NCBI GenBank assembly: GCA_963755915.1
Contig: CAVWLP010000002.1
Span: forward strand, 2,560,001 to 2,624,000
Direction of reading: 5' to 3'
DNA length: 64,000 nt
From: an uncultured Phycisphaerales bacterium
GTDB taxonomy: Bacteria; Planctomycetota; Phycisphaerae; Tepidisphaerales; Tepidisphaeraceae
The notes under the pieces are model-generated. The model had not been told where the DNA came from and ran no database searches. It saw only the letters and a program-made list of their open reading frames with translations. Both the position numbers and the translations under genes were made by a program. Each line of letters opens with the position of its first letter. The first letter of the stretch is position 1. Of this stretch, positions 29,949-42,300 are shown one piece after another.

Positions 29949-31244
29949 ATGGCCACGCTGAGCGATACCAACCTGTATGAACGCCTGCGGCCGCACGTGG
30001 CGGCGGTTTGGCGCTGGCTGACCGCGCAAAACGGGCACGGGGAGGACGGCGATTCCGCGACCCCCATCCGCCGCCGGCCCGGCGTCGATTTTTCGCTCAC
30101 CGGCCTCATTTACTGCGCGATGATGCTGTTCATGGGTCTGGCCGCCATCACCAGCCAGGCGAATCTTCTGTTCGCGGTTTTTGGGTTAATGATCGGCATC
30201 CTGCTGATCAGCGCGATGATCTGCCGGCTGGTGCTGATGCGGCTGCACGTCGAGCGGGTGATTCCCGAATCGACATGCGTCGGCCAGCCGGCGACGATTC
30301 GATACGATTTTCTTAACGCCAAGCGATTCTGGCCCAGTCTGTCGGTCTGCCTCGCGGAGCTGGAAGGGGCAGAGGCGTTCACGCGGCAGCCGCACGCTTA
30401 CATGCTTCACGCGGCGGCAGGAAAATCGGCGCAAGTGCCGATTACGGTAATTCCCAAGCGGCGGGGCAAGCACAAGCTCAGCAGTTTTCAGATCAGCACG
30501 AGTTTCCCGTTCGGGTTTGTGAAGCGGGCCATGATGGGCCGCCGCGACGATACGATCCTGATTTACCCCGCAATGGGCGCGGTGAGCGCGCGTCTGCTGG
30601 CGCTTTGCCAGTCGGCGGAGCGCGGCGGCGCCAACATGCAGCCGCGGCCCAACGGCGCCGATGAGTTTTACGGCGTAAAGGAATTCCGCTGGGGCGACAA
30701 CCCGCGCTGGATTTACTGGAAGCGAAGCGCCCGCACGGGCGAGCTGGTGAGCCGCGAGATGGTGCAGATCTCTCCGCCGCGCCTGCTGATCCTTGTGGAT
30801 ACGTTTCTGGAAACCGCGACGCTCAGCGGTCACGCCGACGTGGAGCGCGCCATCGCGATGGCGGCGTCCCTGGCGAACCGGGCGCTGGATTCCGGCATGG
30901 CGGTGGGTCTTTGCGCCTGGAACGGAAAGTGGACGAGCATCGCTCCACAGCGGGGGAAGCGCCATTGTCGCGACATCCTCGCGGAACTGGGCGGTTTGCC
31001 GCTGAATCGCACGGCTCCGACGGCGCAGCTCATCGAGCAGGGGCAAAACCTCCTGGCCGAAGGGGTGACCCCGGTTCTCATCACCGCCAGCGGCGCCCAT
31101 CCGACGAAGGGGGGACGATCGCGGGGCGGGATGATCGTGGTTGCCGTCAAGTCTGAACAGGCGCAAAGCTGGTTTCAGTTCGATCCGGCGGTCGATTTCA
31201 CGCGATGCTCCCCGGCCGATCAGATGTCCGCGCTGTCGAGCTGA
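29949..31244 (+). CDS. DUF58 domain protein
   Basis: Two N-terminal TMs, TSFPFGF, EFYGVKEFRWGDNPRWIYWKRSARTGELVSRE. Confidence 0.9.
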   Translation: MATLSDTNLYERLRPHVAAVWRWLTAQNGHGEDGDSATPIRRRPGVDFSLTGLIYCAMMLFMGLAAITSQANLLFAVFGLMIGILLISAMICRLVLMRLHVERVIPESTCVGQPATIRYDFLNAKRFWPSLSVCLAELEGAEAFTRQPHAYMLHAAAGKSAQVPITVIPKRRGKHKLSSFQISTSFPFGFVKRAMMGRRDDTILIYPAMGAVSARLLALCQSAERGGANMQPRPNGADEFYGVKEFRWGDNPRWIYWKRSARTGELVSREMVQISPPRLLILVDTFLETATLSGHADVERAIAMAASLANRALDSGMAVGLCAWNGKWTSIAPQRGKRHCRDILAELGGLPLNRTAPTAQLIEQGQNLLAEGVTPVLITASGAHPTKGGRSRGGMIVVAVKSEQAQSWFQFDPAVDFTRCSPADQMSALSS

Positions 31245-31247
31245 ATT

Positions 31248-33506
31248 ATGTATGACATCCGCCAATTTCGTCCGACCCTCTACGTCCTGCTGATGCTGGG
31301 CGTGACGGGATTCTGCCTCGCGGCCGAAGCGCCGGGGCTTTGGATCATGGCAGCGGGGGGAATCATGCTAAACGCCTGGTTGGTGAAGACCAATCGCTTC
31401 GCCCCGATGCCGCGGTTTCTGGCCAGCATCATTACGCTGGGCGCATTGGCGCTGGTGACGGTGGAAGTTCGGGCCGGCGGAGCGCCGCCGATCCTGACGG
31501 TGGGGCAGTTCATCGTTCTGCTTCACCTGGTAAAGCTTTTTGAGCTGCGCTCCAACCGCGACTATGCGCAGCTCCTGATCCTCAGTCTGCTACTGGTGGT
31601 GGCGGCGGCGATCAGCACGGCGAGCCTGCTGTTCGGGATCATCTTCATTATCTACATGTTTCTGTCCCTGCACTGCTCGCTGCTGTTCCACCTGAAAGTG
31701 GAGATGGACCAGGCCCGGGAGCTGTATCGCCAGCCGCAGGATCGTGTGAACCCAGCGCTGCTGCGGCAGGACGCGCGCGATCTGCCGCGCTCGATGCGCC
31801 GGCTGACCAGCCTGATCGCGCTCTTCGGGATCGCGACGGCGGTGGCGGTCTTTCTCTTCTTCCCGCGCGGCGCCGGGCAATCGATCCTCGGCCCGCTTCA
31901 GGCGCCCGCCTCGCGGGCGCTGTCCGGATTCAACGATCAGGTGGGTTTCCAGAACATCGCTAAAATCACCCGCAGCGACGATGTGGTCGCCCGGGTCGAG
32001 CTGTACAAAAGTGGCGTAAAGATTACGCATTCCATGCCGCTGCTGCTGCGCGGCTCGACGCTGGACGTTTACAGCGGCAATGACCCGGAGCGCGGGCGCT
32101 GGCAATGGTCGCGCTCGCAGTTGCTCGATCGATTCGACGACGCTGGAGATACCAGCTCGGAGGATGCCCATCGGACGCTGTACGACACCGGCGTCCCCGG
32201 AATCTGGACACAGGTGATCAACCTCCAGCCCACGGCGACGAACAAGCTCTTTGCGATGGCCGGCCCTACGGGGATTTCGTCCCCGCACGAAATGGAGATC
32301 CATTTCTCGAAGGAAGATGGGGTGCTGGAGACGGCGCCGCCGGTGCTGGAGCCGATCACCTATACCGTCACGTCGTCCGGCGAGCTGGACGTGCCCGATT
32401 CTCCGCCCGACCAGTCGGCGGAGCGGTCGGTCATCGATCCTGCGATCGCCGCCTACGTTCGCCAGGCGGGGGTGTGCGGAACCGACGCGCTCGGCCAGCC
32501 GCTGGCGCGGTATCCCACCAGTGGAAATCACATCTACGACCACCAGATCGCCGCGAACATCGAGCAGCACCTGCGGTCCAAGTTCACCTACACGACCGAC
32601 CTGACCAACCTCGGCTCCCTGGGCGATCGCGATCCGCTGGCGGCGTTTCTGACCGATTTCAAGCGCGGCCACTGCGAATATTTCGCAGGCGCGATGACTC
32701 TCATGTGCCAGAGCCTGAATATTCCCGCGCACCTGGTGGTCGGTTTCCGCTGCGCTCCCGAGGATTTCAACACCATGGGCGACTATTTCGTGGTCAAGCA
32801 GTCCGACGCGCACGCGTGGTGTGAGGTTTTCACGGGCCAGAAATGGGAAACATTCGATCCCACGTCCGGCCGAGGCGTTGAGGGTACGGGCGCGAATCCG
32901 TACGTGACGATAGTCAAGCAGTTCGTCGATTACCTGGAATTCAAATGGGCGGTCAGTGTGGTCGCTTACGACACAGGCAACCGAAAGAATTTCATGGACG
33001 GGCTGACCATCGCGATGGACAAAACCGCGGTCGACGGCAGCCAGAACCTCGCCGACTGGCTCGACAGATTCCAGAACCAGATCGCCTCGCCGACGGCGCT
33101 CAGTTGCGTGATCGCGGCCATGATCAGTTCGTGCTTTGGGCTGGTGGGATGGTTTCTGGTCGAGCGCTGGCGTCTTCATCGCCGCGCCAGACGCATCGGA
33201 ATCAGCGCCATCGACTCCGCCGAGCAGATGCGCCTGGTGCGCCAGCTTGGCTTTTATGACGATCTGCTGCGAATCCTTTCGCGATACCAGATCGAGCGTC
33301 CGCGCAACCAGACGCCGCTGGAATTCAGCCGCTCCCTGGCCTACCTGCCGGCTGATGTCTACCACGATATTTTTCGCCTGACGCAGGCGTTTTATCGCAT
33401 CCGCTACGGCGGCGGTAAACTTCCATCGCACCCCCGGCGACATCTGGCCAATGCCGTCTATCGCATCCAACTGGCGCTGGATGCGCTCCATCACGAACTG
33501 CAATGA
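31248..33506 (+). CDS. TgpA-like DUF3488/transglutaminase/DUF4129 membrane protein
   Basis: Multi-TM N-terminus; catalytic triad RGHCEYFA, AHAWCEV, WETFDPT; QTPLEF...FYRIRYG tail. Confidence 0.9.
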   Translation: MYDIRQFRPTLYVLLMLGVTGFCLAAEAPGLWIMAAGGIMLNAWLVKTNRFAPMPRFLASIITLGALALVTVEVRAGGAPPILTVGQFIVLLHLVKLFELRSNRDYAQLLILSLLLVVAAAISTASLLFGIIFIIYMFLSLHCSLLFHLKVEMDQARELYRQPQDRVNPALLRQDARDLPRSMRRLTSLIALFGIATAVAVFLFFPRGAGQSILGPLQAPASRALSGFNDQVGFQNIAKITRSDDVVARVELYKSGVKITHSMPLLLRGSTLDVYSGNDPERGRWQWSRSQLLDRFDDAGDTSSEDAHRTLYDTGVPGIWTQVINLQPTATNKLFAMAGPTGISSPHEMEIHFSKEDGVLETAPPVLEPITYTVTSSGELDVPDSPPDQSAERSVIDPAIAAYVRQAGVCGTDALGQPLARYPTSGNHIYDHQIAANIEQHLRSKFTYTTDLTNLGSLGDRDPLAAFLTDFKRGHCEYFAGAMTLMCQSLNIPAHLVVGFRCAPEDFNTMGDYFVVKQSDAHAWCEVFTGQKWETFDPTSGRGVEGTGANPYVTIVKQFVDYLEFKWAVSVVAYDTGNRKNFMDGLTIAMDKTAVDGSQNLADWLDRFQNQIASPTALSCVIAAMISSCFGLVGWFLVERWRLHRRARRIGISAIDSAEQMRLVRQLGFYDDLLRILSRYQIERPRNQTPLEFSRSLAYLPADVYHDIFRLTQAFYRIRYGGGKLPSHPRRHLANAVYRIQLALDALHHELQ

Positions 33507-34768
33507 TCGCCATTGTCCTTTCGATCGGCGATGAACTGGTCCTGGGCCAAACCGTGGACACCAATTCGGCGTGGCTGAGCGCGCAGCTCGCGACGATCGG
33601 CTGGCAGGTGGCGGCGCACGTGACCGTGGGGGACGACCAACGCGCCATCGAAGCGGCGATTTTCGATTCCGCATCCCGGTGCGATGCCCTGATCGTCAGC
33701 GGCGGGCTTGGTCCGACGAAGGACGATCTCACTCGCTTCGCCGTGGCGGGCGTGCTTTCCCAGCCGCTGGAAATGAATGCCCGGTGGCTCGAGCAGATGG
33801 AACAGATGTTTCGCCGCCGCGGACGGGTGATGGCGGAATCAAATCGCAGCCAGGCGATGATTCCGCGCATGCGCGACTGATCGACAACCCCGCCGGGACC
33901 GCGGCCGGAATCGACGCCGATCTGAATTCAACGCCGATGCATGCCTGCCGTGCTTTCGTTCTTCCCGGCGTCCCGCGGGAAATGCAGATTATGTTTGAGC
34001 GTTCGATCAAGCCGCTCCTCGCCGACATGGGCGGCGGGGGGGTGATCCTCGCGCACGCTCCACACCTTCGGCCTGGGCGAAAGCAACATCGGCGAGATGC
34101 TGGGGGAGCTGATGGACCGCGGACGCGATCCATCCGTGGGAACGACGGTTTCCGGCGGCGTGGTTTCGGTGCGCATTGCCGCGCGATACCCGCAACGACA
34201 GGAGGCCGAAAAAAAAACTTGAGGAAACATCTGCCGAGTGCGGCCGCCGGCTTGGGGATCTGATCTACGGAACCGGGGAGCAAACCCTGGCCTCGGTCGT
34301 CGCCGGGCTGCTGACGAAAAATCTGGTTCGAACTGTCGCCACTGCCGAAAGCTGCACGGGGGGCTTGCTGGCCAAAATGCTGACCGACATTCCCGGCTCG
34401 AGCCGGTATTTTCAGCGCGGTTGGATCACCTACAGCAACGAGGCCAAGACGCAGCTTCTTGGGGTCGATCCCGCGCTGCTCGAAACCCACGGCGCCGTCA
34501 GCGAGCCGGTCGTCAAGGCGATGGCCCAGTCCGCGCGGGAAAAAAGTGGGGCCGATTTCGCCCTGGCCATCAGCGGAATCGCCGGCCCCGACGGCGGGAC
34601 GCCCCAAAAACCCGTCGGTACTGTTTGCATTGCGCTTGATCACGAGGGGGGTACGGTTACCCGCACGTTCAATTTTCCCGGCGACCGGGAGGGCGTGCGC
34701 GATCGCAGCGCCAAATGGCGCTGGCGATGCTCCGTTTCCAGCTTCTTGCTAAGCACATGCCGTTTTAG
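33503..34768 (+). CDS. cinA: CinA competence/damage-inducible protein (MoCF + PncC domains; several frameshifts)
   Basis: [68 protein letters not shown] across three frames. Confidence 0.85.
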
Positions 34769-34911
34769 GGTTGGACCAAGGTTAGTGTGGGTTAATCTGG
34801 CTAATCTGCGAGCCGAGGCCCGGTTGTCTAGACCATAATTTTAACCGACTTTAACATGAATTATTTATGTCCCTCAGCGGCCATGTGATACTGTTAAACG
34901 GGCAATAGATA

Positions 34912-36585
34912 ATGCGCTCAAAAGGGAGAAAGTGCTGTCTCGGAGTGGGTCTCTGTGCCGTTATGGGCGCGGCGTCGTCCGTTGCCCGGGGGATCATTGT
35001 TTGGGGCGGTAACGGCTATAACAACTCCGCGACGACTCCCGCCCCGGACAACCTTCAGAACTTCGAGGGATACTTCCAAAACACGTATAGCGGTACGCCC
35101 ATTTCTCCAAACTTCGTCATCGCCGCCGCCCACACCGTCGAGGGCCCCACGGAGATCTTCACCTACGATAACGGCACCGGCACGCCGACGGTCTACAACA
35201 TGGTCGAAGTTGCCACCGAGGACGACATGGTCCTTTGGGAAATCGAGCCCAATCAGTCCGCATCCTTCTCCACCTACACGTCGGTCTATACCGGCAACAG
35301 TGAGGTCAATTCCCCAATTGTCGATCTCGGGGAGGGCTACTCGCGCGGCAGCGTCATCAGCTCCGTCCAGGGGAATCAGACCGTCGACCAGGGCTGGAAC
35401 TGGAGTGGGCTGTCCCTCGGCAATTTCTCCTGGGGAGAGAATTTCATTTCCGCCATCGACGAAGGGTCGCCGGGCACCGCGTACGGCGGCGATTTCCTCC
35501 AATACGATTTCCAAAACAATCCCATCTACCCTAATGGCGTTGCCGATACCAACGAATGCATCCTCAGCATCGGCGACAGCGGCGGGGGGGTCTTCATCGA
35601 CGTCAATGGAACATGGGAACTCGCGGGCGTGAACTACGGCTTTGACGGTGTCACCACCGATTCGGCGGGAAAAGACCTGCTCTACGCCTCGCTGTATAAC
35701 GAATACGGGTATTACAGCGAGGATCCCGATGGAACCTATACGCTGGTGACCAACAACTCGCAGTACGAGAGTTCCTTCGCCACTCGGTTATCCTCAAAAA
35801 CAAGCCTGATCGATCTGGCCGACGGCGCGGCTTCTGTTGCAGACGCCAATGAATATCGAATCAACGATGATGGCATCGTCGACATCCTCCAGAACATGAC
35901 GACCGGAGCGGTCATCGGCGGCGCCGCGCTTGAGGTGGGCATTTCCTATGCCACTGCGACCATGCAAATCGCCCCCAACAGCGGCACCAGTTGGATATCC
36001 TCACTCTCGATAGTAAACAACTCGAAACTCGATCTCACCAACAACGAAATCGTCATCACCTACACCGGCAGCGATCCGATCTCCACCATCTTTGGATACC
36101 TCAAATCGGGTTTTAACAACGGGGGATGGAACGGCCCGGGGATTATTTCCTCCGAAGCGCAATCGCGTGTAAATGGCTACGCCTACGGTGTCGGCTGGGC
36201 GGATGGCGCAGACGGCGTGGTCGCGGGACTGAGCAGCGGGCAAATCGAAGTGCGCTTCACTCTGCTCGGCGACGCCAACCTCGACGGCGACGTCAACGGA
36301 TCCGACTTCAGCATCCTTGCCGCCAACTTCGGGTTGGGCTCCACCAACTGGGACCAGGGGAATTTTCTTTACACCAGCTCAGTCAATGGCGCCGACTTCG
36401 CCGTCCTGGCAGAGAATTTTGGGCAAGGGGTCACCACCGGCCTGAAGAACGCCGACATCGCCGCCCTCGATGCCTTTGCGGTCGCCAATGGCCTAACCAG
36501 CGATCTTCCCGAACCGGCAGCCGGCGTTCTCTTAATTGCTACGGCGCTGGGGGCCTGCGGCCATCGGCGGCGAAAACCCACCTGA
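34912..36585 (+). CDS. Trypsin-like (S1) serine protease with dockerin-like tail and PEP-CTERM
   Basis: IAAAH, DDMVL, GDSGGGVF triad motifs; GDANLDGDVNGSDF; LPEPAAGVLLIA..RRRK. Confidence 0.85.
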   Translation: MRSKGRKCCLGVGLCAVMGAASSVARGIIVWGGNGYNNSATTPAPDNLQNFEGYFQNTYSGTPISPNFVIAAAHTVEGPTEIFTYDNGTGTPTVYNMVEVATEDDMVLWEIEPNQSASFSTYTSVYTGNSEVNSPIVDLGEGYSRGSVISSVQGNQTVDQGWNWSGLSLGNFSWGENFISAIDEGSPGTAYGGDFLQYDFQNNPIYPNGVADTNECILSIGDSGGGVFIDVNGTWELAGVNYGFDGVTTDSAGKDLLYASLYNEYGYYSEDPDGTYTLVTNNSQYESSFATRLSSKTSLIDLADGAASVADANEYRINDDGIVDILQNMTTGAVIGGAALEVGISYATATMQIAPNSGTSWISSLSIVNNSKLDLTNNEIVITYTGSDPISTIFGYLKSGFNNGGWNGPGIISSEAQSRVNGYAYGVGWADGADGVVAGLSSGQIEVRFTLLGDANLDGDVNGSDFSILAANFGLGSTNWDQGNFLYTSSVNGADFAVLAENFGQGVTTGLKNADIAALDAFAVANGLTSDLPEPAAGVLLIATALGACGHRRRKPT

Positions 36586-36816
36586 GAAATCCCATACTTT
36601 TCCCTGCCATGCTGGCAGCCGAAATCTCCCTGCCGCTGGCTTTGGCAGGAATCCCCTTGACAGCCGCTCTTTTCCCGCAATTTTGTGCGGGTGGCCACAG
36701 GCGTCTAACCTGTTGACATATTTCGGCTTACCGCGTTTCTTTCCCGTCGCTTTGATCCGTCTCTTTCCGGCACGGCGATTGTTTATGGACCTTTACGGGA
36801 AACCGAGGTAGCGCAC

Positions 36817-37224
36817 ATGGTTCAGACGCAACCAATAAATCGGTTTACGGTTCTTCTGGCTAATGAGCAGGAGGAATGGCATCAGACGGTTCGCGGACTT
36901 TTGCAGCCGCAGGGCGTGCAGACAGTCAGCGCCCACAGCGGCCGCGAGGCGCTGGATTTAATCGAATCCACGCCGGTCCACGTTGCCGTGCTTGATGCCC
37001 AGATGCCGCAGCTTGGTGGAATGCAGGTGATCCGTGTCTTGCGCGAATTGCACAAGGCGACGCCGGCAATCCTGCTGGCCAATCATCTGACCAACCACTT
37101 GCTTCAGGAGGCGCTGGGAATGCAGGTTTTCAGCGTTCTCAGCAAGCCGGTGGATTTTAATGTGCTTTTGGATGCCCTGGCCCGCGTGCTGCGGAGATAT
37201 CACGAGAATCGCTGGCCCGGATGA
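36817..37224 (+). CDS. Stand-alone response regulator receiver
   Basis: AVLDAQMPQLGG, LSKPVD; GAGG RBS. Confidence 0.85.
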   Translation: MVQTQPINRFTVLLANEQEEWHQTVRGLLQPQGVQTVSAHSGREALDLIESTPVHVAVLDAQMPQLGGMQVIRVLRELHKATPAILLANHLTNHLLQEALGMQVFSVLSKPVDFNVLLDALARVLRRYHENRWPG

Positions 37225-37294
37225 AGGATGAGAAACAAAATCGTTACGTCGCTGATTCGTCATTTAAACCCAACACTTTTTCAGGAGCCATGCC

Positions 37295-37583
37295 ATGGCC
37301 AAGCTGCGTCCTCTCGGTGACAAAATCCTCGTCAAGCGCGTCGAGGCGGAAACCAAGACCAAATCCGGGATCGTTCTTCCCGACACCGCCAAGGAAAAAC
37401 CCAGGCGCGGGAAGGTCCTCAGCGTCGGCGAAGGCAAACGCCTCGACACCGGCGAACGCGCCCCGTCGAAGTCAAAAAGGGCGACGAAGTGATCTTCGCC
37501 AGCTACGCCGGCACCGAAATCAAGCTCGACGGCGAAGAACTCATGATCATGTCCGAGGACGAGTCCTGGCGGTCGTGGAGTAA
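37295..37583 (+). CDS. groES: Co-chaperonin GroES (frameshifted in this assembly)
   Basis: [66 protein letters not shown] in the next frame. Confidence 0.92.
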
Positions 37584-37630
37584 TCGAGTTTTTTGCTCGT
37601 ACCTAACAACTCGCAAAATTTAAGGAGTAA

Positions 37631-39280
<1,650 letters not shown>

Positions 39281-39322
39281 GGATTGAGAATTGGCCACGA
39301 GGGCCAACTGACTTGTCTGTTT

Positions 39323-39357
39323 GAAGGCCGGCTGGTATCCCCAGCCGGCCCTTCTAT
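39323..39357 (+). terminator. Probable intrinsic terminator after groEL
   Basis: GGCCGGCTGG-tatcc-CCAGCCGGCC hairpin followed by a short T-rich stretch. Confidence 0.6.
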
Positions 39358-39368
39358 TGGGAGCTTAA

Positions 39369-40496
39369 ATGTCTTTTCAACCGTCGATTCCACTGCAAAA
39401 GATCGAGAATTCGCCCGTTCCTCCCGGCCACGAATCTCCTCCGCAGACGCAAGTGCTAATTCAAGGTCGTATCCTGTTGGACAGGACAGCGTTCGTGGGC
39501 CATCGCTTCTGTGATGCCGATCAGGAGGTGATAGATTTTTTTAAGGCGTTCCTCGCGGAATGTTCGGTCAAGACTATCAGCGGTGAGGAAGCGACCGTTG
39601 GATCCGTTTCTCAAAAAGTTAAGGATAGAATTGCTCTCGCGGAACTCTTTGTCGGAATACTCACTCGATTGGAAGAGAAAGCTACGGGTGTGTGGAGCAC
39701 AAGCGAGTGGGTCCTTCAAGAGAGAACACACGCAGCCGCCCTGGGCAAGAAAATAATCCTGTTAAAGGAGAAGGGTGTGGAACTTCAGGGCGGGTTGCAT
39801 GGCGATCACGAGTATATCGAGTTTGACCGCGAGAAGATGCACCGAGCGACGATAAAGCTAATGCAAATGATTTGGAGCCTGAACCCCGGAAAAATGACCC
39901 TAAATAAACAAGGCGGTCCGCAAATTAGCATAGACTTTATCGAAGCAGCGGTTGCAGCCCAACCGAACGAGCCCATGCTTCGCGTCCAGCTTGCGCAACT
40001 CCGCAACCAAGCCGGGCAGACCAACGCGGCAATCCAGGAACTCACTCGCGTTTTAGAAACGCACCCTGATTTCTCGCCGGCGCGCCTCGAACTTGTAAAG
40101 GCGCTGCGTATGGTTGGAAGGATGACGGACGCGCACCGAGAAGTCCAGCGATTGATGTCTGTGAATCCGCTCGACGGACAGGCCCATCATCAGTTCGCAC
40201 ATATTCTCGCCGCGAAAGGCAAATCTCTGGAGGCCCTTGATGAATTTGCAAAGGCTGAGAGCTGCCAGCCGGGCGACTGGGGTCACGGCAAATGCCACGC
40301 CGAATTACTGCTGACGATCTCTGGCGGAGACCGCAAACGACTACTTGAAGCTCGCGACCTGATCGCAATCGCCGTTGAACTCGGCGGTTCAAACGCGGAG
40401 GGACAACTGAAGGGACATATGATGGAAATACACAGGAGATTGTCTAAAACGCGTCCGGAGCGCCAGAAAAAGAAAAAGTCAAAAAAGCGACGGTGA
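39369..40496 (+). CDS. TIR-like nucleotide-binding domain + TPR repeat protein
   Basis: AFVGHRF...VSQKVKDRIALAELFVGILT...SEWVLQE..AAALGKKIILLKEKGV..GGLHGDHEYIEF, followed by about 4 TPR-like helical pairs; more AT-rich codons than neighbours. Confidence 0.7.
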   Translation: MSFQPSIPLQKIENSPVPPGHESPPQTQVLIQGRILLDRTAFVGHRFCDADQEVIDFFKAFLAECSVKTISGEEATVGSVSQKVKDRIALAELFVGILTRLEEKATGVWSTSEWVLQERTHAAALGKKIILLKEKGVELQGGLHGDHEYIEFDREKMHRATIKLMQMIWSLNPGKMTLNKQGGPQISIDFIEAAVAAQPNEPMLRVQLAQLRNQAGQTNAAIQELTRVLETHPDFSPARLELVKALRMVGRMTDAHREVQRLMSVNPLDGQAHHQFAHILAAKGKSLEALDEFAKAESCQPGDWGHGKCHAELLLTISGGDRKRLLEARDLIAIAVELGGSNAEGQLKGHMMEIHRRLSKTRPERQKKKKSKKRR

Positions 40497-40818
40497 TGGC
40501 GCCTCAAGTTGTGTCCTTCAGTTCGGAACAAAAAACGTGGATGTTATTACAGATTAACTCAGAATCGCGGCAGCTTTAACTTACTCGCCTGGAGTTGTTA
40601 TTCCCCTTCTCACCATCTCATTCATCATCACCCCCCGCCCCCACGCCCAAATTGATTGAATCCGCCCTCCCGCTCATCGCCAGCTTCACCATCGTCTCGC
40701 ACATCGCCCGGCATGCATCCAACAATCCGCGTCATTCCTCGCCCACGACAATCGCCACGCGCGGCCACGGGCCCACCCCCCCAAAAAATTTTTCAGAAAA
40801 ATCCGCCGATTTCCCAAA

Positions 40819-40850
40819 ATAGGTCCAAAACGTACACCTTTTGGACCTAT
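40819..40850. repeat. Perfect 12-8-12 inverted repeat
   Basis: ATAGGTCCAAAA-CGTACACC-TTTTGGACCTAT. Confidence 0.85.
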
Positions 40851-41106
40851 ATATGGATGTATCGTATTTTCGACCCAATTTCTCCCGCTTTCTTCCCCGA
40901 CAGATCAAATCCGCCGAGGGAATAAAAATTCCATCGACGAATCCCGGGAATTTCCGGACATTTTCGGACATGCCGCTCCGAAGCGGATTTATTTCGGGGG
41001 AACAGTGTTCCGGCGGTGTAAACACCACCGGCTTTGGTAACGGGGTCGATTTGGGGGAACGGTGTCTGCGTTGAAATGGGGGCGGATTTTTGGGAGAGTT
41101 TTGTTC

Positions 41107-41670
41107 GTGGCGGGGCGCGAGCCGAATCTTCAAAACGCCTGGAATCACTGGTTTCACTGCATGGGACATACCTACGGAACTTGGTTGCCGGGGGATCCGC
41201 GCGGGTTTCGGACGCAACAGCATCGCGAGCATGTGGAAGGGGATTACAAGAAGCCCCCGCCGGCCGGGCGGTACGAGGGTTTGTACAAATACTCAAAATC
41301 GATCATGCGCCGTGAGCCGGTGTTTTTGAAACCGAAGCAGCGCCAACTTTGCGCCCGATTTCTGGCCGAATCACTATTGCGCCGCAGACTTGATGTTGTC
41401 GTCGTCAGCGTCGACTCGAATCATTTTCACATTCTCGCGAGGTTCCTGGATTCACGAGCCGACCACTGGATCGGCGTCGCGAAGCGCGAGACGTCGCACT
41501 ATGTGAAGCTCGAAGGTAAATGTCCGCCGGGCGGACTTTGGGCCCGCAACGGAAAGGCGCAACCGATCACCGACCGGGAGCATCAATTGTCAACGGTGCG
41601 CTACATTCTCAAGCACAGAAAATTTGGTGCTGCGGTTTGGTTCCAGGGAAAGTTATTGGCGCCGTTATGA
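41107..41670 (+). mobile_element. Y1 HUH tyrosine transposase (RAYT/IS200-like)
   Basis: TYGTWLPGDPRG, HUH motif NHFHIL, LWAR, catalytic Tyr in VRYILKH; start uncertain (41062-41161). Confidence 0.75.
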
Positions 41671-41704
41671 AAGCTGTTGGAGCTTGCTCCCACAGAACCG
41701 ATTT

Positions 41705-42106
41705 TCACTCCTCCATCTCTCGCAAATACTCCCCCAACGGTCCCCAGTAATACCTCTTCCACCCATCCGTGACCCCCGCATGATCCTGCTCGGGGACATT
41801 TACGTGCACCAGGTCAATCCGCCCCTTCTTCCCTTCATCTGAGAACGTCAAAATCAAAATCGAATCCATGTCCCCCTTGTGAAAATTCTCGCTGCGCCAG
41901 CGCTGCACGATCAGCTTTCCCGGAATAACCGAAACCGTCGTTCCCTCCAGCATGCCGCCGAATGCCTCAAAGCGTGTGCCGGGCTTGGGGCTGATCTTCA
42001 CCGGCGCGCCGGTTACTGCGGCATGACGTTTGGGGTTCATATAAAGGTCGTAAAGCTCTTTCGCTGATGCGTTAAACTTTGCCGTTTGTACGATGGGCCT
42101 GGTCAT
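41705..42106 (-). CDS. SRPBCC/AHSA1 (START-like) domain protein
   Basis: FNASAKELYDLYM, PGKLIVQRWR, GVTDGWKRYYWGPL. Confidence 0.88.
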   Translation of the reverse strand: MTRPIVQTAKFNASAKELYDLYMNPKRHAAVTGAPVKISPKPGTRFEAFGGMLEGTTVSVIPGKLIVQRWRSENFHKGDMDSILILTFSDEGKKGRIDLVHVNVPEQDHAGVTDGWKRYYWGPLGEYLREMEE

Positions 42107-42300
42107 TATCGGATGTTATGAAAATTGCGGCCCGCACGCTATTTTCGGCTCTTTATTCGTCACAAACCCTCCGGCCGTCATAACCGGCATATCGATTAGC
42201 GCGGAAGCCCGGCAAAACTTTTCGGATCGCTCCGGTTGTTTGGTTTTGAGGGCGATCTATCGGATATGAGGATGCAAGCAGTACTTGGGAGGAGTCCGGT

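Noticed and set aside
40500-41100. Replication origin or dif site in the AT-richer spacer
   Set aside because: No DnaA-box cluster seen, and the inverted repeat does not match the XerC/XerD 11-6-11 consensus
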